Shown here piece after piece: positions 59,701 to 64,000 of a stretch of DNA of 64,000 nucleotides. The translations under genes and the position numbers were made by a program. Source of the DNA: an uncultured Acidobacteriota bacterium (GTDB lineage: Bacteria > Acidobacteriota > UBA6911). How positions within the stretch are numbered: the first letter of the stretch is position 1; each line of letters begins with the position of its first letter. The stretch is from contig CAWEJX010000006.1 of NCBI GenBank assembly GCA_963809485.1, positions 96,001 through 160,000 on the forward strand, given 5' to 3'. A model generated the notes under the pieces. The model did no database searches. It saw only the letters and a list, made by a program, of their open reading frames with translations, and was not told the DNA's origin.

Positions 59701-61007
59701 CGCTGACGCGGAAATCGACCGGTACAGTGGCGCTGAACTCCGCCAATTTCGTGAACAACGGGCTTCTGGACGCGTTCAACGCAGCGCGCAGAGGCGGCGA
59801 TTCCCCGTTGCTGGACCAGATTTTCAACGGGATCAACTATGCCGGAACAGGTTATGGCCCGGTGGGAACCATTTACAACGGCGTTCTTCAGACTGGCGCC
59901 ATGCACCTTCGTGCATCCGGCAATACCAACTCCAACCTCGCCAACGGTAACTTTGCCGCACTGGCCGGAACTATGGCTACGGCGAACTACGTCACAACCA
60001 ACCCCGGTAACGAAGGTCTGCCCTTCGTTCCGAGCGGTGTCAATGGCTCCATTCTCCGATACAACGGTTTTCCGGAGAACTTTATATATACCAACCCGCA
60101 GTTCGCGACCGCGGACATGATAGGGAACCTGGCTTACAACAACTATCACGGCATGCAGGCCCAGGTGACCTTGCGCCCGACCCATGGCTTCAGCCTGGTG
60201 GGTACTTACACCTGGAGCCGGAACCTGGGGCTCCTCGCCAGCGGCTATACCAATCCGCTCGACAGGGCGGCGGACTACTCGCTGGTGAACGGTCACCGTT
60301 CGCACCAGCTGGTCACCTACGGCACGTTTGACCTGCCGTTTGGCCAGGGCCGGTCGCTGTTCAAGGACGTCAATCGGGCTGTGGATGCCTTCATCGGCGG
60401 CTGGCAGATGACGTGGATTTTCAACTATGCCAGTGGAAGCCCGAACAGCATCACGGCATCCACTACGTCGCTTTACAGCAATGCAATCCCGGACTTTGTC
60501 GGGCCGGAAGGCTCGTTCGACAACAAGATGGGACATGTAACGTGGGAGCCCGGTGCGGACAAGGGGAATTACTTCGACAACCGGTATGTGAAAATCAAGG
60601 ATCCGCAATGTGCGAATGTGACAACCGCACAAGGCCTGCAGAATGTCTGTACGATGCAGGCGCTGGCGCTTGCATCCGATGAGAGCGTAATCGTGTTCCA
60701 GAATGCAGCTCCTGGAACGCGGGGCAACTTTGGCCGGATGAATGTGACCAACCTGGGACGGTGGACGCTGGATGCAGCCATGGGCAAATCGTTCAGGGTT
60801 GCGGAAGGCAAGAGCTTCACGGTCCGGGTGGACGCCACGAACATATTCAACCATCCTATGCCATCGCTGGGCTACACGACGGTCAGCAGCCGGTCGGCCA
60901 TTGCAGCCAACCCGGATATGACTCTCAGTGGGACCAACGATTTCGGTTTACTGGATAACAAGGTCGGGACGCGTACCTTCCAGGCCAAGCTCCGCTTCGA
61001 CTTCTAG
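56769..61007 (+). CDS. TonB-dependent receptor with carboxypeptidase regulatory-like domain (Oar-like, acidobacterial type)
   Basis: Signal peptide, LSGTVAD..GGVLPG, TNAAGVYNF, GGPIIKNKTFFF, KDDWKV..LTLNLGVRYEY, C-terminal LRFDF. Confidence 0.93.
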   Translation: MNKYLVGAVLLCLMLTAPAFSQSNSSLSGTVADATGGVLPGVAVTATNNATGVATPTVTNAAGVYNFASLPPGTYKVTAELAGFQTQTFTDVQLRAATQVRLNFTLQVRKLEQQVEVSISTERLLLESSSSVGLALPEKTVNELPLVNNNVLDLIKVMGGTVLTDQNPVFAADTTVMAGVSAGNINLQRDGVTVNDVRYSTGLNSPLRLNNEMVGEFKVLLSPVDAEVGRGAGQVQILSKSGGNAYHGGVVWSVQNSALDSNEYHYNRTGTQPNWRNMNEYTASVGGPIIKNKTFFFVMWNQQISRQRQNVNPIVLTPCARKGIFRWYDNWMSTNILGSESTTGITPTRRAVDAEGNPIAPATNPDGTAFTGRLHHGYVFGQLLKEPTTNDCSDFNAATDVIPGTPYDFYRTGLDTTGFVSRFTEIMPVTNNYEVGDGLNTGGHKWLLRLKGGDNILGLGEDNLRKQINVKVDHNFNDRHRISGSFSYEKSTADDSFPSWPNGYGGFIQRKPKYVSVQLTSTLKPTLLNEFRFGMSRTDSMTYDAIFNPTTGSDMVALMQSLYDTDTYLAGSAYKGLPLHVNPGSGNMGFHTDVFSTFAFFSGTPQSNPVGSRGNLPVPFGGYDPRWTYSDTLTWTNGRHSFKWGGELRMSKSYQDRQGTGRFFNDANVYTSVVGGSTSNSQIYGISGFAPGLTGLIGFAPYFGSSNSMANLLNYFSGSVANLRNYVYVNSPTALNWSDFTKGEQNQIFDIRMKEWDIFFKDDWKVTDDLTLNLGVRYEYYGVPYVESGMAVGLEGGPSSIFGISGGGFDNWLSGNIDSTGSLTKQTFVGPNSPNPSQQVYKDDWNNIGPAVGFAWQLPWGGKGKTTLRGGYQISYMPISRADGFANVIANTIGTSYTNVYSGDSSTPYMNFAMLPNLVPTQIPSDAVPLQMIPITQRTQAYTVYDDNLRNPYVQNLTLALVRNIGSNLTVDMRYIGTLTRKSTGTVALNSANFVNNGLLDAFNAARRGGDSPLLDQIFNGINYAGTGYGPVGTIYNGVLQTGAMHLRASGNTNSNLANGNFAALAGTMATANYVTTNPGNEGLPFVPSGVNGSILRYNGFPENFIYTNPQFATADMIGNLAYNNYHGMQAQVTLRPTHGFSLVGTYTWSRNLGLLASGYTNPLDRAADYSLVNGHRSHQLVTYGTFDLPFGQGRSLFKDVNRAVDAFIGGWQMTWIFNYASGSPNSITASTTSLYSNAIPDFVGPEGSFDNKMGHVTWEPGADKGNYFDNRYVKIKDPQCANVTTAQGLQNVCTMQALALASDESVIVFQNAAPGTRGNFGRMNVTNLGRWTLDAAMGKSFRVAEGKSFTVRVDATNIFNHPMPSLGYTTVSSRSAIAANPDMTLSGTNDFGLLDNKVGTRTFQAKLRFDF

Positions 61008-61032
61008 TTCGGACGGAATAGCCTGCTAACCG

Positions 61033-61073
61033 GAAAAACTCCCCCATGCGGTTCGGGGGAGTTTTTCTTTTTT
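61033..61073 (+). terminator. intrinsic terminator
   Basis: GAAAAACTCCCCC/GGGGGAGTTTTTC stem followed by a T-tract. Confidence 0.88.
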
Positions 61074-61131
61074 GGGCGAACAAATATTCCAGGAATTGCC
61101 TGCACGGAAAAACTGAAAGGCGAAATGACCT

Positions 61132-61157
61132 CACGCGGAGGCGCGGAGAGCGCGGAG
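61132..61157 (+). repeat. CGCGGAG short repeat cluster
   Basis: CACGCGGAGGCGCGGAGAGCGCGGAG, a REP-like intergenic motif. Confidence 0.45.
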
Positions 61158-61464
61158 TCCCGAAATGATATCTTCACGAACTTCCCGTCTCGGCGTGAAA
61201 CAGGCGGATCCCGGCTGTCTATAAATTCTTATCTCCGAAATTTGCGCAACCGGTGACCGAAAATCACAGGATCTTCCATAACTGCAATACATTTCTCCAT
61301 TTGGCAAATCGATTAACCTTACTTCGATGCAAATGCCCGCGCATTAATGATATAATGCATCTCTGGGCTTAGCCCATATCTCTCAGAATTTACCCATTGC
61401 TATTACTGTTGACGCTGCTGCTGATAATGGTAGTTTGCTGGCAGTGACCCACACTCACCTCGCT

Positions 61465-61690
61465 CCCATGGAAGCGCGCTGATTCGGCTTGAAATAACGG
61501 GGAATCCCACAAAGCGGGAACAACTTGCGATCTATCCCGCATCCGGTCTGATTTCCTCCCGGCCGCAGAGCAGGCAAGCCGGCCCGCGTCCGGGAAAGCC
61601 ATGAAGGGACGACCAGTCCGCGGGCCCTGTTTACCTGGCGAACAAAAGCCTGCGGCATCTTTCTTCACTGCAACAGGAGGGAATGCCGTT
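61465..61690 (+). ncRNA. candidate structured cis-regulatory leader of TonB receptor 2
   Basis: Same motif order as 56540-56768; TGaTATAAT at 61348-61356. Confidence 0.5.
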
Positions 61691-64000
61691 ATGAAGAAGT
61701 TTCTGATCCTGGCGGTAATGCTCGCTCCCCTTGTTCTCGCAACCCAGGCATTGGGCCAAGCCAATGCTACCCTCAGCGGGACCATTCAGGATGCTACGCA
61801 GGCGGTGTTGCCTGGCGTGACTGTTACGGCAACGAACAACGAAACGGGCGTCAGCAGGACGGCGGTGAGCAATGCTGCTGGAGTATATAACTTTCCCGGC
61901 CTTCAGGTCGGAACCTACAAGGTAAGCGCGGAAATGTCCGGTTTCCAGACACATACGTTTACGGACGTCATCGTCGGGAATGCCGCGCAGGTCCGGCTGA
62001 ATTTCACTCTCCAGGTCCGCAAACTTGAGCAGCAGATTGAGGTTTCCGTCGCGTCCGACAGGCTGCTGCTGGAATCGAGCTCATCGGTCGGCACTGTGCT
62101 TCCCGAAAAGCAGGTGATCGACCTTCCCCTGGTCAACAACAACGTGCTCGACCTTATGAAAGTGATGGGCGGCACCGTAATGACCACTGACGAGATATGG
62201 AACGCAGACGCCACAACCTTTGCAGGCATTAACGCCAGCAACGTAAACCTGCAGCGGGACGGCGTCACGGTCAACGACCTGCGCTGGAACAACGGACTGG
62301 CTTCCAACGTGCGCCTCAATCCCGACCTCATCGGCGAATTCAAGATGGTCCTTGCACCTGTCGACGCGGAAATGGGGCGAGGTGCCGGACAACTGCAACT
62401 GATAACAAAGTCGGGAGCTAATGCCTACCACGGCGCCCTGGTGTGGAACCTCCAGAATACCAAATTGGATTCCAACCAGTGGTGGAACAACCGTCAAGGC
62501 ATTATTCCTGACTGGAGAAACCTCAACGAATGGACGGCGAGCGTCGGCGGCCCGATCGTCAAGAACAAAACGTTCTTTTTCGGGCTCTATGACGGCCAGT
62601 CGGCAAAGCTGAGAAGGTCCGCTAACCGGGTCGTGCTGACCCCCTGTGCGCGGAAAGGCATTTTCCGCTATTTTGATTATTGGGGCAACGGCAACAGGCT
62701 GCAGGAAACAGTTGTGCCCGGCGGATTTGGGACCCCTTACACAACCGTGATTGACGCCAACGGCAACCCGATGATGCCGACCACCAAGCCCGACGGCACT
62801 GCTTTCGACGGCCAGCTTCGCATCGCGCATGCATTCGGCCAGATTGTCCCGGGCTCCGTGGCCGCCAACGATTGTTCCGATTACGATCCTGCCACGGACC
62901 TGATACCGTTCACCGCGTGGGATGCGCTTCGGAGCACGTGGGATACGACCGGCAATGTCAGTCAGTTCCTGACATACGTACCCCAGCCGAACAACTGGGA
63001 TGCCGGCGACGGATTGAACACCGCCGGCTATCGGTATACCGAGCATCTCAACAGCGCGGACAGTGTGTATGGCATCGGCGAGGATCCCCAACGCCAGCAA
63101 TTCACTGTGCGGATCGATCACAACTTCAATCCCAACCACAGGATCAGCGGGATCTGGACCTACGAGTCGGACTGGGCGGACGACAACTTCAAGACCTTGC
63201 CGGAATACTGGGGAGGCCGGTTGGAACGGAAGCCTCAGACCTATTCGGTCAACCTCACATCCACGCTGAAACCAACCCTTCTCAATGAAGCCCGATTCGG
63301 ACTCTCGATTGTGAACACCAACACCTATAATGCCTATGGCAACCCTGAGAACGATGCGAACGAGCTCCTGTCCAAGTTTCCCGTAATCAATGGCACGCCC
63401 GTTATATGGGGTCCGGGACAGGGAGGCGTGACCGGCCGTGTAGATCTCGGCGCTAACCACACCAACCCGTTCGGCAGCAGGGGCAACCTGCCCTATAACT
63501 TCGGCGGCATCGATCACCGGTGGGTGGTCGGCGACACGGTTACATGGACGAAAAACAGGCATTCGTTCAAATGGGGTGGAGAAGTCCGCCTCGGGAGTTC
63601 CGATCAAACGACTGATGGCGGCATGCTGGGATTCTTCAGCGGCGCAGCTTTCAGCTACCCCTACGCAATGGGCGGCTCCACTCAACTGGCCCCGAATTCG
63701 GGAGTGTGGTTCAGCCCGTTCCTTCCCAACATAGCCGGCTACTCTACCTCGCTTTTTGGAGGGGCCGGAAATGTGGCGACCATGGAGAATCTCATAAACT
63801 ATCTCTCCGGTTCGCTGAGCGGGATATCCCAATTCCTGTTTGTCAATTCTCCCAACCAGACGTCCTACAACAATCCCGCCACAGACGACAAATACATGAG
63901 GCGCAAATTCATCATCAATGAGTTTGACCTCTTTGTTAAGGATGACTGGAAAGCCACCGACAACCTCACTCTCAACCTCGGACTGCGCTTCGAATATTAT
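61691..64000 (+). CDS. second TonB-dependent receptor, paralog of 56769..61007 (3'-truncated by window edge; absent from the ORF track)
   Basis: GGAGG RBS; MKKFLILAVMLAPLVLATQALGQANATLSGTIQD..., LLLESSSSVG, LPLVNNNVLDL, LTPCARKGIFR; co-linear with receptor 1. Confidence 0.92.
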   Translation, partial: MKKFLILAVMLAPLVLATQALGQANATLSGTIQDATQAVLPGVTVTATNNETGVSRTAVSNAAGVYNFPGLQVGTYKVSAEMSGFQTHTFTDVIVGNAAQVRLNFTLQVRKLEQQIEVSVASDRLLLESSSSVGTVLPEKQVIDLPLVNNNVLDLMKVMGGTVMTTDEIWNADATTFAGINASNVNLQRDGVTVNDLRWNNGLASNVRLNPDLIGEFKMVLAPVDAEMGRGAGQLQLITKSGANAYHGALVWNLQNTKLDSNQWWNNRQGIIPDWRNLNEWTASVGGPIVKNKTFFFGLYDGQSAKLRRSANRVVLTPCARKGIFRYFDYWGNGNRLQETVVPGGFGTPYTTVIDANGNPMMPTTKPDGTAFDGQLRIAHAFGQIVPGSVAANDCSDYDPATDLIPFTAWDALRSTWDTTGNVSQFLTYVPQPNNWDAGDGLNTAGYRYTEHLNSADSVYGIGEDPQRQQFTVRIDHNFNPNHRISGIWTYESDWADDNFKTLPEYWGGRLERKPQTYSVNLTSTLKPTLLNEARFGLSIVNTNTYNAYGNPENDANELLSKFPVINGTPVIWGPGQGGVTGRVDLGANHTNPFGSRGNLPYNFGGIDHRWVVGDTVTWTKNRHSFKWGGEVRLGSSDQTTDGGMLGFFSGAAFSYPYAMGGSTQLAPNSGVWFSPFLPNIAGYSTSLFGGAGNVATMENLINYLSGSLSGISQFLFVNSPNQTSYNNPATDDKYMRRKFIINEFDLFVKDDWKATDNLTLNLGLRFEYY

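Noticed and set aside
1-64000. tRNA or rRNA genes, including selC
   Set aside because: No cloverleaf with T-loop/CCA or rRNA signature recognised by eye; a tRNAscan-SE/Aragorn run would be needed to exclude them

Overview
GC-rich chromosomal window from a probably anaerobic bacterium. The lineage is most likely Acidobacteriota, inferred from two ~1400-aa carboxypeptidase-regulatory-domain/TonB-dependent receptors. Housekeeping blocks are galT-glgA, nth, tatA, ftcD-hutI-amrB-DHH and rpmE-DUF1385-prfA-prmC-murA-HIT. They alternate with redox and C1-metabolism clusters: two convergent xanthine-dehydrogenase-family (Mo) operons, one carrying a NuoG/E-NuoF module; a corrinoid methyltransferase trio; a tungsten AOR; and a BamGHI-like module whose NuoE subunit is fused to a response-regulator receiver domain. 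Several signals are missed by the ORF track. (1) A signal-peptide-bearing UGSC-family protein is split by an in-frame UGA in a U-S-T-C motif followed by a SECIS-like hairpin, making it a probable selenoprotein. (2) The two TonB receptor genes share a covarying structured 5' leader with an SD-sequestering hairpin. (3) Five same-orientation copies of a non-coding element with IS200/IS605-like ends carry variable nested palindromes. (4) A 65-aa four-Cys protein resembles HiPIP/BssC. (5) A ~4 kb zone of indels runs across the two Mo-subunit genes, probably a sequence-quality artefact. All family assignments are by motif recognition from memory; no searches were run.
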